This document shows, in pieces, positions 25,973 through 35,446 of a stretch of DNA of 64,000 nt. Position numbers and translations under genes: made by a program. Source of the stretch: Candidatus Omnitrophota bacterium (GTDB taxonomy: Bacteria > Omnitrophota > Gorgyraeia > Zapsychrales > Fredricksoniimonadaceae). Under the pieces are notes generated by a model. The model saw only the letters and a program-made list of their open reading frames with translations, was not told where the DNA came from and ran no database searches. The stretch covers positions 2,724 through 66,723 of the forward strand of contig JAGWKL010000006.1 in assembly GCA_028865345.1 (NCBI GenBank). The letters run 5' to 3'. Within the stretch, counting starts at the first letter, position 1; each line of letters starts with the position of its first letter.

Positions 25973-27227
25973 TACCCGACGTCTCGAAGGCTTTGTTGTG
26001 CCCGGCGAGCTTGATAAGATTTTTCCATCAGTGCTCAGGGCCCATGATTTCTTGCATAAGCATAACGGCCCCGGCGCCGGGTTTACCGGATGGCTTGAGC
26101 TGCCTTCCCGCATTCAGGATTCTTTTATCCAAGAGACCCTGTCCTTGGCCGCAGAGGTGCAAAGAGACTCGGAGGCCATTGTTTCCATCGGCATCGGAGG
26201 TTCCTATTTGGGGATACGGGCCACCGCCGAGTTTTTGGGAGGCGGGAAACTCCCCATTTATTATGCGGGGCACAACATCAGCAGCGATTATTTGCACCGG
26301 CTTCTGGATTCCCTGAAGGGCAAACGCACCACCGTTGTCGTCATTTCGAAATCAGGGACGACCACCGAGCCGGCCATCGCTTTCAGGGTCATAAAGAAGT
26401 TTCTTGAATGCCGGTACAACGGCGAAGAATTAAAAAAGCGGATCATCTGCGTTACCGACGAGAAGAAGGGCGCCCTGCGCAAGATCGCCGGCAGGGAAGG
26501 ATACCGCTGTTTTGTCATCCCCGATGATGTGGGGGGGCGCTATTCGGTATTGACTCCGGTGGGCCTGGTGCCGCTGGCCATGGCAGGGTTCGACATCGCA
26601 AGCCTGGTGGAAGGCGCAAGGAAAGCCCAGGCTGAATATGCGCTTTGTGATCTGGAGAAAAACGCCTGTTACCGTTATGCGGCCTTGCGCAATATCCTGT
26701 ATAGACAAGGCAAAAAGATCGAGGTGCTTGCATCTTTTTACCCGGAAGTTTTTTACGTGGCCGAATGGTTCAAACAACTTTTCGGCGAAAGCGAAGGCAA
26801 GCAGGGCCTGGGGATTTTCCCGGCGTCGCTGATCATGTCCACGGACCTGCATTCCATGGGCCAGTGGATGCAGGAAGCGGAACGCACGGTCTTCGAGACC
26901 TTTGTTGAGATCGACAAACCCCATAATGACGTGATCATTCCCGAAGACACAGAGGATTTGGACGGGTTTAATTATGTGGCCGGGAAAGGTTTTGATTTTG
27001 TGAATAAAAAGGCGTATGAAGCCACCAGCGCGGCCCACTTTGAAGGCGGCGTGCCCAACATGGCCATCACCCTATGCAAGGCCGATGCCCTCCATTTGGG
27101 GCATTTGTATTATTTTTTTGAGAAAGCCTGCGGGGTCTCGGGCTATATCCTCGGTGTGAACCCTTTTGACCAGCCTGGGGTGGAAGCTTACAAAAAAAAG
27201 ATGTTTGCCTTATTAGGTAAGCGATAG
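25959..27227 (+). CDS. pgi: Glucose-6-phosphate isomerase (short bacterial/archaeal type)
   Basis: The blocks SIGIGGSYLGIRA and VISKSGTTTEPA are present. Confidence 0.85.
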   Translation: MLTLNTRRLEGFVVPGELDKIFPSVLRAHDFLHKHNGPGAGFTGWLELPSRIQDSFIQETLSLAAEVQRDSEAIVSIGIGGSYLGIRATAEFLGGGKLPIYYAGHNISSDYLHRLLDSLKGKRTTVVVISKSGTTTEPAIAFRVIKKFLECRYNGEELKKRIICVTDEKKGALRKIAGREGYRCFVIPDDVGGRYSVLTPVGLVPLAMAGFDIASLVEGARKAQAEYALCDLEKNACYRYAALRNILYRQGKKIEVLASFYPEVFYVAEWFKQLFGESEGKQGLGIFPASLIMSTDLHSMGQWMQEAERTVFETFVEIDKPHNDVIIPEDTEDLDGFNYVAGKGFDFVNKKAYEATSAAHFEGGVPNMAITLCKADALHLGHLYYFFEKACGVSGYILGVNPFDQPGVEAYKKKMFALLGKR

Positions 27228-27238
27228 AAAGGCAAAAC

Positions 27239-27266
27239 CCACGGACAAGTCAGCCGTGGGTCTTGT
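27239..27266 (+). terminator. Possible intrinsic terminator after pgi
   Basis: The hairpin CCCACGG-acaagtcag-CCGTGGG is followed by TCTTGT, which is a weak U-tract. Confidence 0.35.
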
Positions 27267-27395
27267 AAGGGGATAGGCCTTAGAATTGCTTTCGCTATCC
27301 TTAATGCCCTCCTTAATTTCATTTTAACTATACTACTAATTTCTTAAAAATGCAAATGGATGAAGATGGTGCAGGCGTTTGGGGCATAATAAGTT

Positions 27396-29018
27396 ATGAA
27401 AAACGAAGAAAAATCTTTTGAAATTGTCCTTGCGGCGCGCGGTCTTTGTAAAAGTTACCGCGATATCCCGAGCCGGGGGACCATTCAAGCGCTGGACCAT
27501 CTGGATTTGACCGTGCGCGAAGGGGAAATTTTAGGCATCCTGGGCCCCAATGGCGCCGGCAAGACCACATGTTTGAACATCCTGTCGACCTTGTTGTTGC
27601 CGGATGCGGGCCAAGTGGAGATTTTCGGGACAAAGGCCGTCCCTAAAAATTTCAATACCGTACGCCGCTGGATCAACATGTCGTCAGGATATCCCAATTA
27701 TGCCTTCAGCCTTTCCGTCGAGGAAAATCTTAAATTTTACGGCCGGCTGTACGGGCTGCGGGGCCGCAGGCTGCAGCATAAGGTGGGGGAGGTCATGGAC
27801 ATCTTTGAGCTGCGTCCTTATGCAAGCCGGCATTTTGATGCATTGTCCTCGGGCACCAAGCAGCGCTTGTCGCTGGCAAAGTCGCTTCTCAATGACCCCA
27901 AGATTTTATTTCTGGATGAACCCACCGTCGGCCTCGATCCTGATGTGTCTTTGAAAACCCGCGAAGCCGTCCTGAAAATTCTGCGGCAGAGGCGCATGAC
28001 GGTCCTTTTGACCAGCCACAACATGGACGAGGTGCAGAGCATGTGCGCCAGGGTCGCCTTTATCCAAAGGGGGCGCATCATCAAGCTGGCGGCCGTGGAT
28101 GAACTCAAGCGCATGCATCATACCGATGATCTGGAGGAAATTTTTATCCAATTGGCCCGTCAAACCCAGGCACCGTCCGTCCAGGAACAGAAAACATATA
28201 CGACCATGACGCTCCCGCCGCCGGGGGGCGGCGGATGGCGTTCCTGGGCCAACCGGGCCTATGCTTTTACCGTGCGCAGCGCCATTTTTGCCGTACGTAA
28301 TTTATTTGTGATGACGGACGTATTTTTTTGGCCGATGATTTCGCTTATCTCCATCGGGCTTATGGCGAAATTCATCCATTTAGGGCCCCAAACCCTGGGC
28401 TTTGTCATGACAGGGGCCCTGGCCGCGGGTATTTTGCAGATAGCGCAACTGGATGTGGGCTATACGATGCTTTATGAACTGTGGTCGAAGAGCTGCAAGC
28501 ACACCCTGCTGACACCCGTCGGTGTTTCCGAAGGGGTGGCGGGCACCTGGGTTATCGGCATGGTCCGCGGAAGCATCGCTTTTGTGTTGTTGAGCGGCGC
28601 GGCCTGGCGGGGTTTTGGCTTTCATCTGCCGGGCGCCGGTGTGACACTGTTGTTTTTATCCGGGCTTTTTTGCTGCGCCTTTATTTTAGGCATCATGGTC
28701 AATATCCTTATTTTGTCCTTCGGCCAGAAAGTGGAGATCACGGCCTGGATGTTCGCGCAATTATTTATGATCGTCTGCGGGATTTATTACCCGGTGGACA
28801 TTCTGCCCAAGGCTTTGCAGGCAATCAGTTATATGGTCCCCATGACGTACTTTCTGGAATTTTTCCGTCAGTTTTACGGTTTCAAAGCCCATACGGCCCA
28901 CGCGCTTGCGACCGGATTTGCGTTGACCCTTCTCTATATTATCCTCGCATTGCGTCTTTTGGACCATGCCTACACGAGGGCCCGTAAAAAGGGGATCATT
29001 ATCCGCCTGTCGGAATAA
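27396..29018 (+). CDS. Fused ABC transporter ATP-binding protein and ABC-2-type permease
   Basis: The Walker A motif GPNGAGKTT, a signature-like LSSGTKQRLSLA and the Walker B motif ILFLDEPTVGLD make up the N-terminal half. About six C-terminal TM helices follow. Confidence 0.85.
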   Translation: MKNEEKSFEIVLAARGLCKSYRDIPSRGTIQALDHLDLTVREGEILGILGPNGAGKTTCLNILSTLLLPDAGQVEIFGTKAVPKNFNTVRRWINMSSGYPNYAFSLSVEENLKFYGRLYGLRGRRLQHKVGEVMDIFELRPYASRHFDALSSGTKQRLSLAKSLLNDPKILFLDEPTVGLDPDVSLKTREAVLKILRQRRMTVLLTSHNMDEVQSMCARVAFIQRGRIIKLAAVDELKRMHHTDDLEEIFIQLARQTQAPSVQEQKTYTTMTLPPPGGGGWRSWANRAYAFTVRSAIFAVRNLFVMTDVFFWPMISLISIGLMAKFIHLGPQTLGFVMTGALAAGILQIAQLDVGYTMLYELWSKSCKHTLLTPVGVSEGVAGTWVIGMVRGSIAFVLLSGAAWRGFGFHLPGAGVTLLFLSGLFCCAFILGIMVNILILSFGQKVEITAWMFAQLFMIVCGIYYPVDILPKALQAISYMVPMTYFLEFFRQFYGFKAHTAHALATGFALTLLYIILALRLLDHAYTRARKKGIIIRLSE

Positions 29019-29086
29019 ATTTTCCTTGTGGCGTACAGGCAACCCCTATAGAATAAGAGTGCAGCTTAAACCAACAGGAGTTCCTT

Positions 29087-29263
29087 ATGAGCCGTTTACC
29101 GGAATTGATTTTAATTTTGACCGTGATCATACTGCTGTTCGGCGCCCAGAAGCTTCCCGAGATCGGAGCGGCCCTGGGGCGTGCCATACGCGAATTTAAG
29201 AAGAATTTGCGCGAAACCGAGGAAGAAATCAAGAAGCCCATCGAAGAACCAAGCCAGAAGTGA
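29087..29263 (+). CDS. tatA: Twin-arginine translocase subunit TatA/E (58 aa; absent from the ORF track because it is under 60 aa)
   Basis: The sequence MSRLPELILILTVIILLFGAQKLPEIGAALGRAIREFKKNLRE... begins at the ATG at 29087, with an AGGAG RBS at 29076-29080. Confidence 0.85.
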   Translation: MSRLPELILILTVIILLFGAQKLPEIGAALGRAIREFKKNLRETEEEIKKPIEEPSQK

Positions 29264-29982
29264 TTTTCAATTCTTTTTTTCAATCGTTCTTCAAGCATGT
29301 GGAAGAATTGCGCTCGCGGACCATCAAATCCGCGGGCGCTTTTGCTCTGGCCTTCCTGTTGTGTTACAACTTTATAGGGAAGCTTTTGCCCGCGCTGATC
29401 GCGCCCGCCGGGCGTCTGGTTTTTACGGCGCCGGTGGAGGCGTTCTCGGCGTACATGACCATCGGTTGCGTCATGGCGCTCTTTGTTTCCTCGCCGTATA
29501 TTTTTTACCAGATCTGGGCCTTTGTGGGAGGGGCTTTAAAGCCATCCGAGAGAAGGTTCGTGGGTATCTTTGCGCCCTTGTCGCTGTTTTTCTTCCTTTT
29601 AGGGGGCGCTTTCGCGTATTGGGTGGCCGTCCCCCGGGCGTATCACTTCCTGATGAGTTTCGGGTCGGCCTACATGATACCGATGATCACGGTCAGGAAT
29701 TACCTGGGGTTTTTGGGACATATGTGCGTCGCCTTCGGGGTGGCTTTCGAGATGCCGCTCGTCTTGGGCTTTCTGGCCGCCATCGGCATCGCCTCGCCGG
29801 AATATCTGCGTCAGAAGAGGCGGCATGCCATCGTCATTATTTTGATACTCGCCGCTGTTCTGGCCCCGCCGGACATCGTGTCCATGCTGATACTGTCTCT
29901 GCCGTTGCTGGTTTTATATGAAGTGGGGATCGTCTTTGTGAGGTTTTTTTACAAGCAGCCGCTTGGGGCGGGACAAACATAA
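29260..29982 (+). CDS. tatC: Twin-arginine translocase subunit TatC
   Basis: The six-TM architecture is present. The N-terminal HVEELRSRTIKS segment and the PDIVSM-type motifs are typical of TatC. Confidence 0.9.
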   Translation: MIFNSFFQSFFKHVEELRSRTIKSAGAFALAFLLCYNFIGKLLPALIAPAGRLVFTAPVEAFSAYMTIGCVMALFVSSPYIFYQIWAFVGGALKPSERRFVGIFAPLSLFFFLLGGAFAYWVAVPRAYHFLMSFGSAYMIPMITVRNYLGFLGHMCVAFGVAFEMPLVLGFLAAIGIASPEYLRQKRRHAIVIILILAAVLAPPDIVSMLILSLPLLVLYEVGIVFVRFFYKQPLGAGQT

Positions 29983-30013
29983 AACCCTTTGAGTACCTTC
30001 ATCAAAGGGTTTT
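29982..30013 (+). terminator. Intrinsic terminator after tatC
   Basis: A perfect 10-bp stem AACCCTTTGA/TCAAAGGGTT surrounds a 9-nt loop and is followed by TTTAT. Confidence 0.55.
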
Positions 30014-30156
30014 ATGAAAATGCATGAAAAAAAGCAGTTATTTCTTTTTAGCTGTTTTCTTTTTCTTTGCTTTGGTAGCCATCAATGAGCTCCTTTCTTA
30101 AAGATTGATTTGTTATTAAAATATTAACACTAAATTTTTGTTATGCAAAAATTTTT

Positions 30157-31293
30157 TTGTTTTTTGTGCCTGATCCCCAAAACATGAAACCGCTTTCGTT
30201 GTACATCCATCTTCCGTTTTGCAGCCGTAAATGCCTGTTTTGTTCTTTCGTGATCGCCGTTGGCCAAGAACACCGACGGGAAGAATATGTCAGGGCCTTG
30301 GAGATGGAAATGGAACATCATGCCGCTTCCCCAGCCGGGGGGCGGGCCGCCCAAAAGCTTCACACCGTTTATTTGGGCGGAGGCACTCCCAGCCTGCTCG
30401 ACGAAAGGCATCTCGATGTTTTAATGAATGCCGTCAGAAAGAATTTTTCTTTGCAGGAGAATGCCGAGATCACCATAGAAGCAAACCCCGAGAGCGTGGA
30501 TATTGCCAAGGCCAAATTCCTGAAACGGCAGGGGTTCAACCGCATAAGCCTCGGGGTGCAGTCGCTGAATGACCGGTATTTAAAATTTTTGGGAAGGGGC
30601 CATGATGCCCCGGCGGCCGTCCGCGCGTATCACTGTTTGCGGGAAGCGGCTTTCGACAATATCAACATGGATTTGATGTACGCGTTTCCGGGGCAGGCAA
30701 GGGACGAGCTTCAACGGGACGTGAGGGCCTTGGCACATCTCAACAGCGAGCATTTGTCCCTCTACACCCTGACCATCGAACCCAACAGTAAATTTTATGC
30801 GTCCCAAATGAAATTAGACGACGATGAAAAGCTGGCGGACCATTATTTAATGATCGCGCGGATCCTGCAGGAGCATGGTTTTGCGCAATATGAAATAAGT
30901 AATTTCGCAAAGCCGGGGCGGGAATCGGCGCATAACAGGAATTATTGGACAGGGGCCCCGTACATCGGGCTGGGCGTCGGGGCCCATGCCTTTGACGGAC
31001 GCAGGCGCGCCTGGAACACCCCGCGCCTGCAGGACTATCTGCGCCGCATGTCCCAAGGGATGAGCGCGGTCGAAGGCCACGAAGATCTGACCGACGAACA
31101 GCTGGTCATGGAAAAAGTATTGTTCGGTTTGAGGATGAACGAGGGCATACGCTGGGACATGGTCCCTTTCCATAAACGCGGGCGGATCGAGGCGTGGATC
31201 AGGGACGGTTTTTTGTTGCGCGAAGGTGAACGCCTGCAGGCCACCGAACGCGGACGTCTGGTGCTGGATGAATTATCCGCCCGATTGATATAG
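30157..31293 (+). CDS. hemW: HemW/HemN-like radical SAM heme chaperone (oxygen-independent coproporphyrinogen oxidase family). The likely start is MKPLSLYIHLPFC at 30184.
   Basis: The CSRKCLFCSF CxxxCxxC cluster is present along with the YLGGGTPSLL motif. Confidence 0.85.
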   Translation: MFFVPDPQNMKPLSLYIHLPFCSRKCLFCSFVIAVGQEHRREEYVRALEMEMEHHAASPAGGRAAQKLHTVYLGGGTPSLLDERHLDVLMNAVRKNFSLQENAEITIEANPESVDIAKAKFLKRQGFNRISLGVQSLNDRYLKFLGRGHDAPAAVRAYHCLREAAFDNINMDLMYAFPGQARDELQRDVRALAHLNSEHLSLYTLTIEPNSKFYASQMKLDDDEKLADHYLMIARILQEHGFAQYEISNFAKPGRESAHNRNYWTGAPYIGLGVGAHAFDGRRRAWNTPRLQDYLRRMSQGMSAVEGHEDLTDEQLVMEKVLFGLRMNEGIRWDMVPFHKRGRIEAWIRDGFLLREGERLQATERGRLVLDELSARLI

Positions 31294-32448
31294 ACCGGAG
31301 ATTTTTTGCGACGGCTCAAAGAGTTTGGAGATGGAGCCTTCCAGAAGCGTGCTGTATTGCCGGTGCATGCTCAAAGCCTGAAGGATTTTGCGCGCCTCTG
31401 TCAGGCGCGTGTGGATGGCCGCCAGCGCATAGTCCAGGCTTCCGGCCTGAACGAAGATTTTTTTGACCGTTTCCAAATCGGCAAGGGTCTGTTTTTTTTG
31501 GGAGAAAATTCTTAAGAATTTTGTTTTGGCCCCGCCCTTCAATGCGCTGAAGGCGTGGGTGACCAAGAGCGTTTTCTTGCCCTCGGCCAGGTCGCTGAGG
31601 ATGGACTTGCCGATATTGTCTTCGGTCTCGAAGATGCCGATGATGTCATCCTGGATCTGGAACGCCTGGCCGATGAGAATGCCGAAGCGGGAGATCTTTT
31701 TGATCTCGGGGCGCTTGGCGCCGGCAAGGATCGCCCCGGTGACCATGGGGCAGTCAAAGGTGTAGCGCGCGGTCTTGAGCGTATAATTCAGGTAGACTTC
31801 TTTTTCATCGACGTCTTTGATGGGTTTGACCCCGCTGACCGTGTCGATGAACTCCCCCATGGCGGTGAAGGCCGCGGTCTGTATGAAATACTTCAGCGCC
31901 TGTTCTTTGCGCTCGGAAGGTTCGTCGATGGACAGAAACGCATCGATGGCCAGCGCGTAAACAATGTCTCCGGCGATGATGCCCAAGTCAATGCCCAGTT
32001 TTTCAGGGTCTTGTGTCGCCACCGTGTGGGCCAAAAGTCTGTGCAGGGTGGGTTTGCCGCGGCGCAGGTCCGAGCGGTCGATGATGTCGTCATGGATCAG
32101 CATGAAATTGTGCAGGAATTCCATGCAGGTGGAGGCGTTGTAAAGTTTGCGGGAGATTTTTCTGGAAGCCGGCGCATAGCCTTTGTAGGTCAAGATCAAA
32201 AGCAGGGGGCGCAGGCGTTTGCCTTTGCGCAGGGTGAACTCGCGGACGCTGTCAAAAAGCAAAGGCGAGACCAAATGCAACTTATAGTCTTTTTTGACCG
32301 TTCCCAGGAACTGGCTTAAGGAAAGATCGATATTGTTTCTTATTTGCTCAAACATTCCCTGCTGCCTGGCAGACAAGAGTTTGTGATTATTCGCCGGTGG
32401 CAATATTTTCTGTTTTTTTGACGTCATAGGCGGTTTCCGATTGCGCAT
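31273..32448 (-). CDS. Long-chain trans-polyprenyl diphosphate synthase (IspB-type)
   Basis: The first DDxxD motif lies in LIHDDIIDRSDLRRGKPT and the second in FQIQDDIIG. The ORF N-terminus is probably over-extended. Confidence 0.85.
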   Translation of the reverse strand: MRNRKPPMTSKKQKILPPANNHKLLSARQQGMFEQIRNNIDLSLSQFLGTVKKDYKLHLVSPLLFDSVREFTLRKGKRLRPLLLILTYKGYAPASRKISRKLYNASTCMEFLHNFMLIHDDIIDRSDLRRGKPTLHRLLAHTVATQDPEKLGIDLGIIAGDIVYALAIDAFLSIDEPSERKEQALKYFIQTAAFTAMGEFIDTVSGVKPIKDVDEKEVYLNYTLKTARYTFDCPMVTGAILAGAKRPEIKKISRFGILIGQAFQIQDDIIGIFETEDNIGKSILSDLAEGKKTLLVTHAFSALKGGAKTKFLRIFSQKKQTLADLETVKKIFVQAGSLDYALAAIHTRLTEARKILQALSMHRQYSTLLEGSISKLFEPSQKISGLYQSGG

Positions 32449-32530
32449 AGTGTAACATAGCGCTTGATTTATCTCAAATATTCCTTAGAATGAATAAAAC
32501 CATTCACAATTTTAAAAGAAAGAGGATTTT

Positions 32531-33229
32531 ATGCGTCCTTATTTGCTTATAGCGGTCATGGCGGTATTTTTGCCGGCAAGCCTGGGCCTTGCGTCGACCA
32601 TCGATCTTTCCGACGGGAGCACCATCACGGGGGACATCGTCAAGCAGAGTAACAAGAGCGTTGAGGTCAATGTGGACGGCGTGACCATGACGTATTACGC
32701 GGATGAGATCAAGGACATCGACGGACAGCCTTTTGCGCCGCCGCAAACACAGCCTGCATCACCCGCAGAGCAGCCTGCCGTCGGCACAAATCCCGCCGTC
32801 TCTTCTCAGAGCGACCAAACCGTTTCCCAGGCGCAAGTGACCGCCCAGCCCGAAGAAACAAGTGCGCCGGCCGGCGGGGGCGTTGATCCTGAAAAACGGG
32901 CCCTGATTTTGAAGTTCATTGATGTCTTCGGGACCCGCCGGGCCTTGAACAATAACTTTGAAAGGATGCTGGCCCAGATCCAGAAGGAAAAACCCGAAGA
33001 AGCCCAAAAGATCCGGGACCGTGTCAAGATCGATGAGATCATCGATCGCCTGGTCCCGGTGTATGCCCGTAATTTTACCAGCGATGATTTGAAGGCTTTC
33101 ATTGCTTTTTACAGCTCTCCCGAAGGCCAAAAGTTAATACATACCATTCCCGAGTTAATGAAAGAAAGCGTCCAGCAAAGTATAGAATATATGCGGGAAA
33201 AGTTTCCGGAAGCCGCAGCCAAGCAATGA
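32531..33229 (+). CDS. Secreted protein with an N-terminal paralogous motif and a C-terminal DUF2059-like helical domain
   Basis: After a signal peptide comes TIDLSDGSTITGDIV...VEVNVDG...IDGQ. The C-terminal region contains AFIAFYSSPEGQKLIHTIPELMKES. Confidence 0.5.
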   Translation: MRPYLLIAVMAVFLPASLGLASTIDLSDGSTITGDIVKQSNKSVEVNVDGVTMTYYADEIKDIDGQPFAPPQTQPASPAEQPAVGTNPAVSSQSDQTVSQAQVTAQPEETSAPAGGGVDPEKRALILKFIDVFGTRRALNNNFERMLAQIQKEKPEEAQKIRDRVKIDEIIDRLVPVYARNFTSDDLKAFIAFYSSPEGQKLIHTIPELMKESVQQSIEYMREKFPEAAAKQ

Positions 33230-33396
33230 TAGTTTGTTTGTAAAGTTATTTATACCAACCATTTACGTCTTTTATATATTTTTTTAAGTTGACCGTATAA
33301 ACTTCTTCTGCTATATTGGTTCCGCTTTGAAAGCTTCCCGAATCCCCAGGCTGATTATGAATTGTTAAATTCTCACCAACAGGTTAGGAGTGTGGC

Positions 33397-34692
33397 ATGA
33401 TCGATCGTTATTCTCTTTCCAAAATGAGCCGCATTTGGTCTGATGAGCATAAGATGGAAATTATGCTCAAGATCGAGGTATTGTGCTGTGAGGCCATGAC
33501 GAAGCTGGGCGCCATTCCCAAAGCCGCCATGGACAAGATCCGCAAGAACGCCAAATTTGATCTGGAAGAAGTGCGCCGCCTGGAAGAGCGCACCAAACAC
33601 GATGTGGTGGCCTTCATCCAAAGCGTCGGCCAAAGCCTGGGGCCTGAAGCGCAGTACCTGCACATGGGCATGACATCGTCCGATTTATTGGACACTTCCT
33701 TGTCGATGCAATGTGTCGAAGCCGGTGAAATATTGGCCAATGATGTCAAAAAACTTTTGGCGGCGCTCAAAGACAAGGCCAAAAAATATAAGGACGCCGT
33801 ATGCATCGCCCGCACCCATGGCGTGCATGCCGAGCCCACGACTTTCGGTTTGAAGATGGCCATCTGGTATGACGAGATGAACCGCAATTTGGAACGTCTT
33901 CAGGCCGCCACAGAAGGAATGCGTTACGGCAAATTGTCCGGGGCGGTGGGCACCTATGCCAACATCGACCCGTCGGTGGAAGAGTATGTCTGCCAGCAGT
34001 TGAATTTGAAACCCGCGAATGTCGCCACCCAGATCATCCAGCGCGATCCGCATGCGCATTTTATCATGACCATTGCCATCATCGGCTGTTCCCTGGAAAA
34101 ATTCGCGACCGAGATCCGCGCCCTTCAGAAAACCGAGCTTTTGGAAGTGGAAGAGCCGTTCTTCAAAGGCCAGATCGGTTCTTCCGCCATGCCGCACAAG
34201 CGCAACCCCGTGACCTGCGAGCGCATCTGCGGCCTGTCGCGTATTTTAAGGGCCAACGCCATCGTCGCCATGGAGAACATCAACCTGTGGCATGAGCGCG
34301 ACATCAGCCATTCGTCGGCGGAGCGCGTCATCCTGCCGGATTCGACCATTGCCCTTAACTACATGCTGAACAAGTTTATTCCCATCATCGAAGGGCTTTT
34401 GGTCTATCCCAAGAACATGATCGCCAACCTGGCCAAGACCCGCGGGCTTATTTATTCGCAGCGTATTCTTTTGGAATTGATGAAAAAAGGACTGACCCGC
34501 GACGCCGCGTACGACATGATCCAGGCCTGTGCCATGCAGGTCTGGCAGGAGAGTTCTGAATTCAAGGACGTGCTTTTCAGGGACCGCCGGGTGCGCAAAT
34601 ACCTGTCCCAGAACGAAATCAATGCCTGCTTTGACATCAAATACTACATCCGTCACCGGGACAAGATCTTTAAACAAGCCGGGATAAGATAA
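33397..34692 (+). CDS. purB: Adenylosuccinate lyase
   Basis: The N-terminal MIDRYSLSKMSRIWSDE and the GSSAMPHKRNP signature are both present. Confidence 0.9.
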   Translation: MIDRYSLSKMSRIWSDEHKMEIMLKIEVLCCEAMTKLGAIPKAAMDKIRKNAKFDLEEVRRLEERTKHDVVAFIQSVGQSLGPEAQYLHMGMTSSDLLDTSLSMQCVEAGEILANDVKKLLAALKDKAKKYKDAVCIARTHGVHAEPTTFGLKMAIWYDEMNRNLERLQAATEGMRYGKLSGAVGTYANIDPSVEEYVCQQLNLKPANVATQIIQRDPHAHFIMTIAIIGCSLEKFATEIRALQKTELLEVEEPFFKGQIGSSAMPHKRNPVTCERICGLSRILRANAIVAMENINLWHERDISHSSAERVILPDSTIALNYMLNKFIPIIEGLLVYPKNMIANLAKTRGLIYSQRILLELMKKGLTRDAAYDMIQACAMQVWQESSEFKDVLFRDRRVRKYLSQNEINACFDIKYYIRHRDKIFKQAGIR

Positions 34693-34704
34693 AGAAAGGG
34701 GCCT

Positions 34705-35412
34705 ATGCAAAAACTTGAAAAAATTTACGAGGGTAAAGCCAAGATTCTTTACACCACCGAAGACCCCTCTTTATTGATCCAGTATTTCAAGGACGATGCC
34801 ACGGCGTTCAATGCCCAGAAAAAAGGCACCATTGAACAAAAAGGCGTCATGAACAACCGGATCGCCGCCAGGATCTTTGAGCATTTGAAGGACAACGGCA
34901 TCGCAACTCATTTTGTGGAATGTCTCAACGACCGCGAAATGCTGGTCAAGCGTGTCGCCATCGTTCCCCTGGAGGTGATTGTCCGTAACCGCGCGGCGGG
35001 TTCCTTGTGCCGCCTGCTGGGGCTGGCCGAAGGCGCGACCCTCGCCTGTCCCACCCTGGAATTTTGCTACAAGGACGATGCCCTGGGCGATCCGCAGATC
35101 AATGAATACCATATCCGGGCCCTGCGTTATGCCACCGACGATGAAGTCAAGTACATCAAAGACATGGCTTTCCGGATCAATGATATATTGAAAAAGTTTT
35201 TCTTGGGGTTGAAGATCGAATTGATTGATTTTAAGCTGGAATTCGGCCGCGTGAATGATCGCATCATCCTGGCCGATGAAATTTCTCCTGACACCTGCCG
35301 GTTGTGGGAAGTCGGCACGGGCAACAAGCTTGACAAAGACCGTTTCCGCCGGGATTTAGGGAACATTGAAGGGGCCTATCAGGAAGTGCTGCGAAGAGTG
35401 TCCTCGCATTAA
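34705..35412 (+). CDS. purC: SAICAR synthetase
   Basis: The motifs YEGKAKILY and LADEISPDTCRLW are present. Confidence 0.9.
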   Translation: MQKLEKIYEGKAKILYTTEDPSLLIQYFKDDATAFNAQKKGTIEQKGVMNNRIAARIFEHLKDNGIATHFVECLNDREMLVKRVAIVPLEVIVRNRAAGSLCRLLGLAEGATLACPTLEFCYKDDALGDPQINEYHIRALRYATDDEVKYIKDMAFRINDILKKFFLGLKIELIDFKLEFGRVNDRIILADEISPDTCRLWEVGTGNKLDKDRFRRDLGNIEGAYQEVLRRVSSH

Positions 35413-35446
35413 AAAACCTGACGCATCCTTAAGGAAGAAGTGAATC

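Noticed and set aside
29181-29921. A 246-aa ORF in an alternative frame overlapping tatC
   Set aside because: The Arg/Gly-rich product has no motifs, whereas the tatC frame encodes the six-TM TatC signature.
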